A stretch of DNA of 32,665 bases from Catajapyx aquilonaris. Lineage: Eukaryota. The position numbers and the translations under genes are program-made. The DNA lies in assembly GCA_000934665.2 (NCBI GenBank), contig JYFJ02004357.1:1-32665 (forward strand), in the 5' to 3' direction. The notes beneath the pieces were generated by a model. The model saw only the letters and a program-made list of their open reading frames with translations. It was not told the DNA's origin and searched no databases. Within the stretch, counting starts at the first letter, position 1; each line of letters begins with the position of its first letter. Positions 1 through 11,800 of the stretch are shown here, one piece after another.

Positions 1-1279
1 AAGTGAAGCGCGGGAAAAGGTCGGGGCTCTTAGATCTTGATGAGCGTCGACCTCTGGCGGCGTAGTCTGAAATTTTAATGGTCTCTCCACTTAGGAGTAG
101 CATCGATCCTAGGGCGGTGCGGTGCGCAGCCTCCTCGGCGCTACCAGGGTTGCCCATTTTGCGCGCATCACCCCCCCTGCTCCCACCATCCCCCCCTCCT
201 ATTGCTGAGGTCTTTTTCCTTAACCTGTTGCTGCCCTCTCAATAATTTTTAGGCTTTTTTTGGGGGGGGGGGTGGGGTATGGTACAAGTGTGGCGGGATG
301 ACCTCTGGAGGAACGGAATTTTTTAAAAGCGGAGATGGAGTTTGGGTTTCAGGATGTGTCCCTCAGGATACATCGGGCGGTCAGATGAAACATGTAAGAA
401 GGAGGGGGTGTCTCTAGGGAGGCATGGAAAGCTAGGGTGTATAATCCTTGCGAGAGGGTGGGAAGGAGAAGCATTAAAAAATTTCATAACAGCCTTTTTG
501 CTGCATTTGCCATTCACAAAGACAATTTTGTCAGGATTTATGGGTGGAGGATGGGGAGCCGGGGAGGCTGGGTTCTCCCCCCCCTCCCCTGACTGCCTTT
601 ATGGCCTCCGCGCCGTTACAATATGCATGCAGGACGTATGCAGGCCCAGAAAGAAAAGAGCTGCTGCCGTACCCCCCTGGTACTTGGCCTTTACAGATTT
701 TTTTTTCTTTTTTTTATTTTTTAAAGGCGCGCTTCTTTTTCTTCGGTTGGGTGTGGGTGGCGGTGTTGGATATGACGGCCCAGATGATTGGGTCCCTGGT
801 TTGCAGGAGACAGCCGGGTAATTGGGTCCGCCATGAGATGCAAATGACGAAGGCTTCAAAATTTGACAAGGAATTGCTCTTCCTGTTTGTTTCCACCCCT
901 TGGTTTCTTCGGGAAGGAGGCTGCCGGTGACAGACCAAGAAATGTGGGGTGGGTGGGAGGGGAGTACCGGGGGGATCAGACAACGTGCACTTGTCGCGTG
1001 CTAGCCGAGTCTTAGTACCGGTGGTAGTTAACTCGTGCAAGAAGTCAGGCGGCTGGGTGGGTCGGCTTGGGTGTGCTGTAGTAGTAGAGTTATAGAATAG
1101 TGCGGCGGCATGTAATTGGGCGCCAGATGCTCCCTCCCCCGCCTGCCCTGCCTGCCTGCCTGCCTGCCTGCTGCCACCCACCCCGGCCAACCCTCCCTCC
1201 CCGTCCGCGAGCTTCTCTCTCGCAACATGTTGCCGATATTTAGCATATCCAACCCAGCCTCGTTATTCCCTATGTAGTT

Positions 1280-1345
1280 CCAATTGGGTCTAATCAGAGT
1301 TCAAGGATTGGCACTTGCCGGGTGACGTCATCCGCGCGCTTTAAG
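1280..1345. promoter_or_regulatory. Candidate internal promoter/enhancer elements: CCAAT-like boxes and perfect CRE palindrome TGACGTCA (1323-1330) in CpG-rich DNA
   Basis: Motifs read directly. The surrounding 1-2100 region is visibly CG-rich compared with the downstream introns. Function is inferred. Confidence 0.35.
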
Positions 1346-2243
1346 TAGGACGGAATGGCCTGCGTCGGACGGTTTCAAAATGCGCGCAATTTTTTTAAAA
1401 AACATTGTAGGTAATAAATGGGATTTCGTCCAGTAGTATATTGTCGCGGGTTTTTTTGGGGGACAGTTTGTGGAGTGGGTAGAGAGGCTAACCTCTTACT
1501 CTGGCCTGGTGCATTCCAAATCATAAACAAAGGGAAGGTTTTGGATGGGGGTGCAGAGGTCTTGGGGCCTTTCTTTCCCTGTTTCTTCCACTTTCTTTTT
1601 TTCTTTTTTCTTTCTCGGGGGTGAGGCGGTGGGTGGATTGGTAGGTACACCGGTTGTGGACGCGCGCGGGATTACAGAAGCGAGGCTAAAAGGAGAGAGA
1701 AACACAAAAGAGAGGGAGAGATATTGGTCCAGCTCAGCATCCCTTGGTAGGGGGCGCCAGATGCTCCCAATGGCTGCCCCCCCTCCTCCTCCTCCTCCTC
1801 CCTCTCTCCTCCCGTCCCCTTTCCTCCCTCCCCACTCACTCTCCTCTACTCCCCATTCCCCATGCCCGCCCCACCACCCACCCACCCACATCCCCAACCC
1901 CCACCTCCAGACTGGCCTACCAGAGTCTTCCTCCTCCCCCACCAGCCATGCCTTTCTTTTCGACAATCATGGAACACCTCGGTCCAGTCAAATTTTGGGA
2001 TGCCGGCCGGGGTTTCCTGAGAATGACAGGCAATGAATGTTGACACGACTGGTGGTACGTTGACTGACACGGTCGGTGTTATATGACTGAACGTATCAGG
2101 GAACGTACTATGGTGCAAATTGCACGGTGGAACTGTTGAGGTGAAACCACCAGCAGCAATGTTGGATGAAATGATTGCTAAAGCTTAGTAGCAGGTGTGC
2201 GTATGTGTACGTGTATAAAAAGACCTGTACTTGGAGAGCTTTA

Positions 2244-2303
2244 GCCCCTGAAAAATAATGGCAGAGTGCACCTGCACTCCCGGGTTCGATTCCCGGCGGG
2301 GGT
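2244..2303 (+). pseudogene. Degenerate tRNA-like sequence (tRNA pseudogene or SINE head)
   Basis: Intact T-arm/B-box CCCGGGTTCGATTCCCGG and pairing ends GCCCCTG/CGGGGGT, but no anticodon arm and only 60 nt long. Confidence 0.55.
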
Positions 2304-2774
2304 TGAGAGACTACTTCCATCTATGGGACTTTTTTTCCCTTTCTTCTTTTCTTTTCTTTTCTTCTTAGACAGATTGACACTGCTGCTTCTGGTCTGACTT
2401 ACACAATATTGGCTTTTTATTGGGACTGGGATATACACAGTGTTGTATGAGTCTGAACCGACACACACTACCTCCAGCTTCCCCATTGCGGTTTCTCAGC
2501 ATCCCTAACCTACCAGCCTATCCCACAATAGAGAGTAAAATCACCCAAAGGCAAGCTTGTTGATTCACAGACTCATGCAAGTAAAGTGACAATAGTTGCC
2601 ACTCATGAGTGCATGTAAGAAGGGAGAGGTTGGCCTAACAATGTATGGAGAGTATAAGGAGTGATATGGTTTTGCACATTCAACCTACTCTCCCACCGAT
2701 GTAGGCAACATGTCCGAAGGCTTTGATTTACCGTCGCATAAATAATCTGTCCCGATGCTCTACATTGCCTTTAG

Positions 2775-2871
2775 TACCAAGCGGATGACTTTGGCCAACA
2801 ACAGGACTCATCTTCACCACGCTATGCCTCTCCACCCAAAATGGGCGCTTATAGCGACTCCTACTTTCTCG
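2775..2871 (+). CDS. da: da exon ([32 protein letters not shown])
   Basis: Acceptor ttgcctttag, donor G|GTGAGT. The peptide resembles the E-protein segment 'DY.RDSPGY...K...S.F' that precedes the SDPWS motif. Confidence 0.75.
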
Positions 2872-5800
2872 GTGAGTATTTGATAGTTGTAGAGGGAAGA
2901 ATGTGAAAGTTACTATGTTTATTTGGAGAAACAGATAGTGGCAGTGGAGCAGCTGCCGCGGGAGGAGGAGAAGGGAGCAGTGGCGGGCCAGGAAGCAGTG
3001 ACCCGTGGTCAGGAGCAGGAGGACAACACCTACATCATCCACCACCTCCACCTGGGTATCCCTCAGTAGCTGGTGCCTCGTCGGGCTACACTTCCATGAT
3101 GGCGAGCACTGCCCACCAACCGTACCCACCTCCTATGCACTTGCCACACGAGCCAATGGTGAGTAGTTTTGCTTGCATGAAGCTAGAGGTGGGGGCTAAT
3201 GGACAATGGCTAATGAGTGTTCTTATGTGTCAGGGCTATGTCCCTGCTGGTGGACTGTCCATGTCTCCTGTGGGACACCCCCACCAGCACCCTCACCAGC
3301 AAGAGTCCATGTCGCCTTCGTCCTCCTCGTCATCGCTTCTGGTGGCAGCGGCTGCGGCCACCAGTCTTCCTCCCATGTCCAGCTTCCGGGGAGGTGGAGG
3401 GGGAGGTGGGGGTGGCGCTGCCTCCTCCTCCTCCCCTCACCACAGTCCAGTGGCGGCCGGAGGAAGCAGCGCTAACCCGGCCAGTAGCCAGCAAGCGCCA
3501 CAGCCGTCTCAGCAGACTGGGGATGCACTTGGGAAGGCACTAGCCTCGGTAAATATGCTTTATGTAAAGGTAGCCATTGGGATTGTACAGAGAGAGAAAG
3601 AGACTTCCTTTTATGGAGTACTTGCATAAGCATTACATTGACAAAGGAGAGGCACCACTAATGTGGTGGGCTGATGTGATGATGTAATTTCTAACATGGC
3701 AAGGTATAGGGTTGGGCACATCTGTTGGGCACATTTACAGACTCAAAATCTTGCAAATGTGTCACTGCTTGCAGTTATTTTTTAAAGTTTGTGTCAAACC
3801 AATGATATTAAATTGTTCCTGGAATTTGTGAACCATAATTTAATCGCAATCCACAAATAGCACGCTTAATTTATACTTCTGCACTGGTTTGACTGCTTGA
3901 CACACGATACCACAGATTCTTAAAAATCATAAGTAGCTGTAAGCTTTCTGTCCAGTTTGTCCTGGTCCAGTGTGTCCCAGCCCGTAGAGGCAAAGAAAAT
4001 GCTTTTGCAAAGACAGCTTGACTGGAACGTGGAGAAGTGCGTGCCATAGTAGGGGATCGTGCTAGTAAGGGGCATTTGTAATAAATCTTTTTGGAGGACT
4101 TGTTGGAACACATTTAAACAGGCTTGGAAGGTGTGATGACATATGCATGACTCTTGCTATGGTTGGTGTTGCACCTGAGTAATACCTACTTTATGAAAAA
4201 TGCCAAAATTAACAATTGAAAGTTGCTTCTTACTGCCATGAACGTAATTCAGACATACAACAAAGTTTAAGTACAAAGATAGGAGGATATCATTACTACA
4301 GAGACATAAAAATAAAATGCATTTGTTACTACTGTAACATGATGCTGCAACTGAGATGTGCAGCAATAGGCTGTAAGACACCACGCAATATGACAGGGGT
4401 GGCCAAACTTACTTAATGTAAGAGCCAAATGCGATAAACTTCAGACACTGAAGAGCCGTGAGACATGAACAAATATTACAGAATTACACATACGTTTTTA
4501 TTGGTCTATGATCATTCTTTTGCAAATAAGGAGTACATTTATGATTTTATGATGTAGTAGTACATATTCATGCAAGTCTTTTTTACAAGTGTTGCTTTCT
4601 ATTAGTTTAAAAAAACATAGCGTCATAGTCAGACATCCCTCGTACATGTAAGATGCAGTGCATCATTTAAAAAAATCCTGCCTGATTATTATTTTAACTG
4701 CATAGAGCTATGAAATATGACAGCATGCCAAATATGGTAATGAACAACAGAAACATCCAAGATAAATTACACGAGACTTCCCAAAATTCTGTTAAAATAA
4801 ATTTTTGTAATGATGTTTATTTTGTCTCGAGAAACATATGCTTAAATCACGGAGGAAAATATGTAGGCTAAACCAATAAAATTATAGCTATTTTAATCAC
4901 CTTGCAAAAGTAGTGTTTCATCATAATACTTTCATGGAATTGAAATTAGCAGGTCGGAACACACAAGCCCCCTGTTGGCTCCCGATTTGATTATACATAT
5001 ATTACTTAGCATTAACTTTTTTACTCACCAGCAAAGGAATAACCCCAGTCAGCATATGTCCGAGAGCTGCACATGTAATGTCAAAGAGCCTCATGCGGTT
5101 TGGCCACCCCTGTAATATGATAAGCTATAGTTAGCTGCATAGAATGCAGTAATGTCACAGTTTATGACCACAACTTGGGGCTTTCGTGAGGGGGTAACCA
5201 CTTTGTGGAACCGGTGTACAGGGTCCCTGTGGAACCAGGCTGGAACCTGCTTGGAACCGGGCCGAACTAGTGTACACTTGTTTGGGGAGTGGTTACCCCT
5301 TCCCTACCTACCCATATTCTCCTGGAAAGGTCCCCTCATCCTCAGGTCAGCAGTAAATGGAAGAATGTCATGTGTTGGTGAAAACTGGACATGTTTCTAG
5401 AAACTGTGATGTTACTGCCACTTCTTGAGCTGATAACAAGAGATTTTATAACAAGGCCAGACACACCAATCTATTTTGGTTAATAATAATGTGTATGGGT
5501 ACAGATTGACTTTTCGTATTCAGAATGGTTGACTGCAGTTTGCAGGTCTACTTTTAGGGTGGAAACAATGCATGTGAACAGTATTCAATCTTGTGTAGTG
5601 CTATTGGGGATTTGGTATAGCAGGGGTCGAATTTTAAAATTTTTGTCCAGATGCAAAGTTTGCACTCCTGACTTTTATCTGGAGTGCAAATTACATACTT
5701 GGAGTGCTTAATTTTTTATTACTGGGTATTGCCATGTTTAAAAGCAGGACCAACTGGAGTGCAAACTTTGCACTCCAAGGATCAGTTTGGAGTGCAGATG

Positions 5801-8800
5801 GCAATAATGGGAGTGCAAATTGCTCCTTTGCATCCCGAATAATTCGACCCCTGGTATAGATCATACAGAAAGACTTTGAATACGAATTTGCATTTTCTGT
5901 CTTGTGCTGCCATCAGCAAGCCACAGATCTTGTGAGTATCATTTCTCATTATTTTGTCCACTTTGTGTACAGTACTTGTACAGTGTGTTGGATATTCAAA
6001 GAATCTTAGTAAAAGCAACAATTTCAAGAGTTAGTGATGTGATAAGCCATGTGAAGTAATTGTTACTGCAATGAGAGTCTGCAGTTGCAATTATGGTGGT
6101 AGTGATGCCATTTTTCTTTTTGCTTATTCTCATTCTCTATTTATGTGGTGGGCAACAGATTGAGAGTATTGTGTCACGTAATTTACCATATCAGAAGACA
6201 TTAATTTGATCAAGTAATGTAAGGTATTTTTTTGATATATGATATTAATAGCAAAGACTTCAGGTGTATTAAGAGTCAACTGGATGAAACTCACTTGCAA
6301 AATAATTGACTGACATAATTTGCCTCATGCAATTAGAGCATTCCACTTTTTTTCAAGGACCTGACTATAACATGTACACAACATGGATTTCCTTTGTGTT
6401 TGCCTTTGGGCAGAGGAAAAGTGTTTGGGGGGGGGCTCCTGATGATATGCCAAAATACCCCATAAAGATTAGGCATTGATGTTTTATCTTATGTCAGTGT
6501 GGCAGTCACTAGAAAATGCATCATTATTAGTCCCTACGCCTTTTTCAAATTTATGACTGAAATCAAAGCCTGCCAGATTGAAAGTTTTATGAGGATGCCA
6601 TCAGTTTCATAGCCTGCCAAACCCTCCTCTACAGGTACCATCTGGTATGGATATGATGAACAAGCATAAGCACTAGCCAAGGGAGGAAAATAAAAACTTT
6701 GGGTCTTACTTATCAAACAACTTGATTAATTTATGGCAGAAGGCTGATGTGGTTTAGTTTCTCAAGATTATGTTCCCTAGATGTGAAATATGCATATTCA
6801 CTTGAATCCTAAGTGTGAATATGACTTGAATTAGCAATTAACTGAGCTTTATGAAACCAGCTTTTTAGAGTGAGGAATTTTGACAGGTAGTGTTATTGCT
6901 GCCTCATGGCAGTCAGTGTCCTAAGCATAAACAGTACGGGGCTAGTTTTGAATTCAGCTTATCCATAAACCCACTACATGCGTTACTTTTGTCAGACACA
7001 TGTTCACCTTGACATTTTGTGCCAAAAATTTAACCTAAGAATAAAAGCAAGGCAATTTTTCAGTGGATATTAATTCAGTTTTGTATCATCACATTGATTT
7101 TGGCACAACCAAATGTTGGAGATGAAAATTTTCTTGGTAGAGACATGGCAGCATAATTAGTGGTTTACTGAAAACACAGCTATATGGAGAGGAGTCGCTC
7201 ACCCTTGGAACAAGATGTCAAAGTTTCAGATTTCTTGTTGGGAACAGGCATGGATGTAGTGACTTAAGGTGATTCAAGCTCAGCAATATGCAGTTGTGAG
7301 CATAATGATGGATGCAGCCTTGGGCAGGAGCTCAAATGAGTGGATATGTGGTGATGTTTCTTCCTCAATGTGAGAATATGTTTTTGGGTGGTAAAGTGTG
7401 TCACGATTATGGCGCCTAGTCACCAGTTTCTCACAGAACTCATTCGAGCTCCTTTCCAAGTCTGTCTTCTTCATTATGCTCTTGATTGTACTTCAAGGTG
7501 AACAAGGATCATCATCACCCCACCATCCTTTTTTAAGAGGAGGAGAGTCTGTTGCCATTACTAATTTTTGTGTATGAATGTTAGGACTTGCATAAACTGT
7601 TGACAAAAATGCCAAAATAATATTGGTAGTGGGTTTCTAGAATGTTTCAAGTGTTGTTTAGTGCCAGAAGCAGACCCTGTTGTTGCTTTAAAAATGGGTT
7701 TAGTTTCCTTTGGATTTCCTGGAGTCACAGTTTTAATGTCTCTCATTGGATACTTAGTTTATGATGCTGCCAGATGTGATGAAGTATGATATGGTACTAT
7801 AATGGGTTTTTGGTGACACAAGACATGCCATAGTTACTTTGTCAGAAGAGCCACTGCCTATTTGTAAGTTAGTTGAAGCCATGGAAAAAGAGCTGTTGAG
7901 CTTGTCACACCACTAACATGTATTGCATCGTTATGTTTATTATTATGTTTCATTAGAAATATTTGTACAGTGTGAATTAGGGCTTCATTCTGTAGTTATC
8001 TCTTGGCTGGAGATTCACTGAATACATTTGGATATGTCTTCATCCAGGGGGATGTTTCGTGATTTTGTTGAAGACATTCTGGGCCATTTGGTGTGCCTGT
8101 TACTGAATTATGATCAAATTGCCAGTGTTAGTAACAAAAATGACTCCCAACTTCGCTTTTCCAATAGATCTACTCGGCAGCAACTGATCAGAGCGTCAGC
8201 AGTGGCTCGAATCCTTCGACGCCAGTGAGCTCTCCCCCACCCCCACTGACCGTGGTGCCTCCAGGCAGTGGTGGGGGCACTGCTGGCCAGTGGGCCTCAT
8301 CTCAGGGAGGTTACCATCACCATCACCATGCAGGAGGCAGTGACCGAACTCTCCACATGGTACAGGCTGTCAAGCAATTTGTTCTTTACTCTTTAATTTC
8401 ACATAATTTTGTGACTTTTCTGCACAATTGCATGGGTTTCTTTTGCATCAGAAGATGTTTTTATTAATTATGTGTTGAACAGAGTATTACATTATTTGGT
8501 TTTTGCGTGCTGCTACCTTTTCTTGAGGTTTGGTGTTGTATTTTGTGAAATGCATTTACTTTGCATTGAAGGGCTGTTTTTCAGTTCTGGGAATTTTTAT
8601 AAAAGCAGCCATGCAAATATACTAGGTTTGCAGTGGTTTTACAGCCGGTGCTTAAGGAGTCTCATACCTTCTGACACTTGGTTTGGGAATGCCATGTGAT
8701 TGTGGGTTGGTAATTCCCAGGCAGGTGCAGGAGGTGCTTCTATTCTCTTTGGAACAGGTCTCTGAGATTATGTTACATGTGCAGTGGCCATGAAACAAGT

Positions 8801-11800
8801 GAAGCTGTAGGGTGTTAAAAGCATTTGTATGGACATGCCATTGGATTCACTATTGCTTTCTTGCAAACTCAATTCATTTACTGGAGTGAGGGGTTACCTG
8901 GGGAGATGGAGAAAGGAGAAGGAAAATCTGCCTTTGCCTTCTGAACTTTACTTTGCATGCTATTGTTAGAGGGTTTGTGTCCATGTAATTAAAATCAAAT
9001 ATTTCCTTCCTCCTTTCTGTGACTCACACTATTGGGTAATTGAGAAAGAGTTTCAAAAAAGTAATACCTCTCTGGGCCTCACAACACAAGTTGTATCATT
9101 CATCTTCCAAGGACAAGTTGTTCACATTAGGTCCTAGTCGACAATAACAGTCACAGTCCACGGAGTGGACAGAGCACAGATGGAACTGATGTGAATGACT
9201 CCAATATGTAGTACCCAGGCTAAAGGGATAGACACCACTGTGTCAGTTTGTGTTGAAAATTATTTCTTGTGAGGTGCTAAGAGTCTGGGTGGGATGGGAG
9301 GGTCATCAGGCAACACTGGTTTGAAACTAATCCATCAACATTGAAATATTGGAACCCAAACATTCTTTTACTTCTGTGCTGTCAACTTCATGCACCTTCC
9401 TACCCCAGACTGGAGCACCTACCATGACTTGCTTTCTAGCACAGATTGATACAAGGACACCGACTATGTTGGCCTGGGCACTACATCCTTGGGTAAATCA
9501 TGTTAGGCCGTTACTTTAGTGTGATAACAACTGTGGATGAAGTTCCCAAAATCTGGGAGATCGTGGGTTTACCCATTTTTCGAAAATAATTTGAACTTGA
9601 ATAATGGTTGTTGCGAAGTAATTGTGCTTAAAACTCAAAGCAGAGATACAATGTTATTTGGGATGAAGGATGGATATGATCCTGAGACCACAGCTTTCTT
9701 ACACACACACATCATTGGAACATTGTGATGCATGACCTCCCTAGGCTATCCTACCTGGCCTCTCAGTTAGTAACTTAAAGTAATGGTCAAGGTCCAATAA
9801 GGCTCTGGATTGAGGAAAACCTGGCTATGTCTGTCCTGGGCTTCCACAGGACTGATACAAACTATGTCGTCTCCCCTGGCCCTTCCAACACCCTAGCCAA
9901 CTCCCATTTAGTGGGTGTAGAAGGTGTCACAACATACAAAGTTGTGACAATTATTATTGCAGTAGATTTTGGCATCAATGTAAACCTTGTTACTGCCTGA
10001 ATTGACGATTATGAGGAACACTGTTGTATGGTCCTCATGCAGCTTTCCAATTATTCATCCCATCACTTCATCCTACTGACAGTCAGTGTGACAGGATACC
10101 TTCAGATACATTCACTAGCACCTCATTAGCAAATTGCACTGAAATTAAAATGAGATTACTCAAGTACCCTCTGCGGCAATTCCATTGTTCGATTCTGACT
10201 TCAGTTTCATGTAGAGACGATGTGGTTCAGTAACGTTCAACTAGTAGGTCTGCTGGAGGATATCATAAGTCATTCTGATCGTATTATTCACATATTCTCT
10301 TGCTAAACGTGAGCAATGTAGGTACAGTAATTCTTCGTAATTCAAGTAATATTTCTGTGGAATGTTTTGTTACATTGTGAAGGATATTTTAGTATGTTGG
10401 CTTAGATCCTCCTTTAACCAGAGGGTGTGTAGTATGCTTATACACTGTGCCAATAGTTTTATGGAGAGTAAAGCTATCTAAATGAAGCTAATGAACTGTT
10501 GTTGCCTCTTATACATCTAGAGGTAAAATATAAGCTCTTTTAGATGAATTTGTGTTCAGTCTGCAGCTTTAAGTGGTGACACTTCTTCCAAATTTGATGT
10601 TGCAAACCCTTTATAGGTAAATAGGAGGTTGTATTTTGGTCCTTATTAAGTAGAAGTGGCATGTCACACCAGGGAAATATGTTCATATCAACAGACCATG
10701 TTATTGAATTGCTGTGGCATTGTACTTGATGTCATAGTGATGTCAGTTTTTGTACCAACTGGTATGCTATTTTCTCAGAACAGTGAAGATGCAATTTTTC
10801 TGTGTGCAATGCTTCAAGTACCGTCAGGTGACAGTAGAGTGGTTGGCTAGGAGTTTCCACATTGCATTATGCTTGTCTTGAATGTTAACTCATATGATTC
10901 AATCCCTTGTACTTTTTGACATGATGTAGCATCCTCCAGACTACCAAAGGGTGCATTAGCCAATTACTGGCAAGTACCTCTTTAGGAGAGTAAGAAGAAG
11001 TACACGAGTACCATTACCAGGTTTAGTTGAAAGTGAGCAATGGGAGAAATTAAACAGCTGTACTTAGTGAGGTCAGGCTGATAATAGGGACGTAGGCACA
11101 CAACAATATTTTGATAAATTGTGTGAAAAGAATTAGCATTGAAAATGTTATGAAATGAATGTAATGAATTGGCAGAGGACTCTTTATGTTGGTCCACAGG
11201 CAGGATACTGTTATTCACGGAAGTGCCGGTGCATGTGTTTGACCATTATAACAAGGTTAATGAGGATGCTGAATATTTCAAGAAAGCTACGGCTAGTCCG
11301 ATTGGGATTTCGCTGGTGGTCTGGTATGACACTATTTGCTCATTGGCAATTTGATTAGTTTAATGAATGCTCACCTCTGAATGGATGGAGCAATAATTAT
11401 ATTCTATGCTTGTTTCAAGCACTGTAGTTGAGTGTGTTATATGGTCCATCTTTCTTTAAAAGGGCAGCTCTCACCCACCACCTTGTACGAATCTCACCCC
11501 TTCCAGACCACCCACCACAATAACTGAGTGGGTGGGATTCAGATAAGGCCATAATGGGAATCACATCTATTACAGCTATGTGTGTGACCAGGGGAGACAG
11601 TTCTTTAAACTAATGACCCTGGCTCTACATTATTTTAGTGTCTAGTAGTTAAGGTAGACATTAAATATGTGGTTTTTACTACATTGGTCAATTGCTGGAA
11701 GCAGTCACTCTTTTGTTGCACAGTGTATGTCACAACTCATTTAATTCTTCCCATGATGCTGCTTGGTAGAGAAATTCAGAGCACTGTAAGGCTTAAAGCT

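Noticed and set aside
323..2118. Many overlapping 60-160 aa ORFs on both strands
   Set aside because: Low-complexity products of GC-rich and homopolymer DNA with no recognisable domain.
3950..4020. RNase H-like motif ([18 protein letters not shown]) of a decayed LINE
   Set aside because: Only a loose resemblance to W.P.H.GI.GNE.AD.LAK. Too short to call without a search.
7280..7474. RHN motif suggesting an R2/NeSL-type endonuclease remnant
   Set aside because: No upstream CCHC finger or PD..D motif could be seen.
11075..11180. Possible decayed RTE-LINE 3' end
   Set aside because: Weak, frameshifted similarity only.
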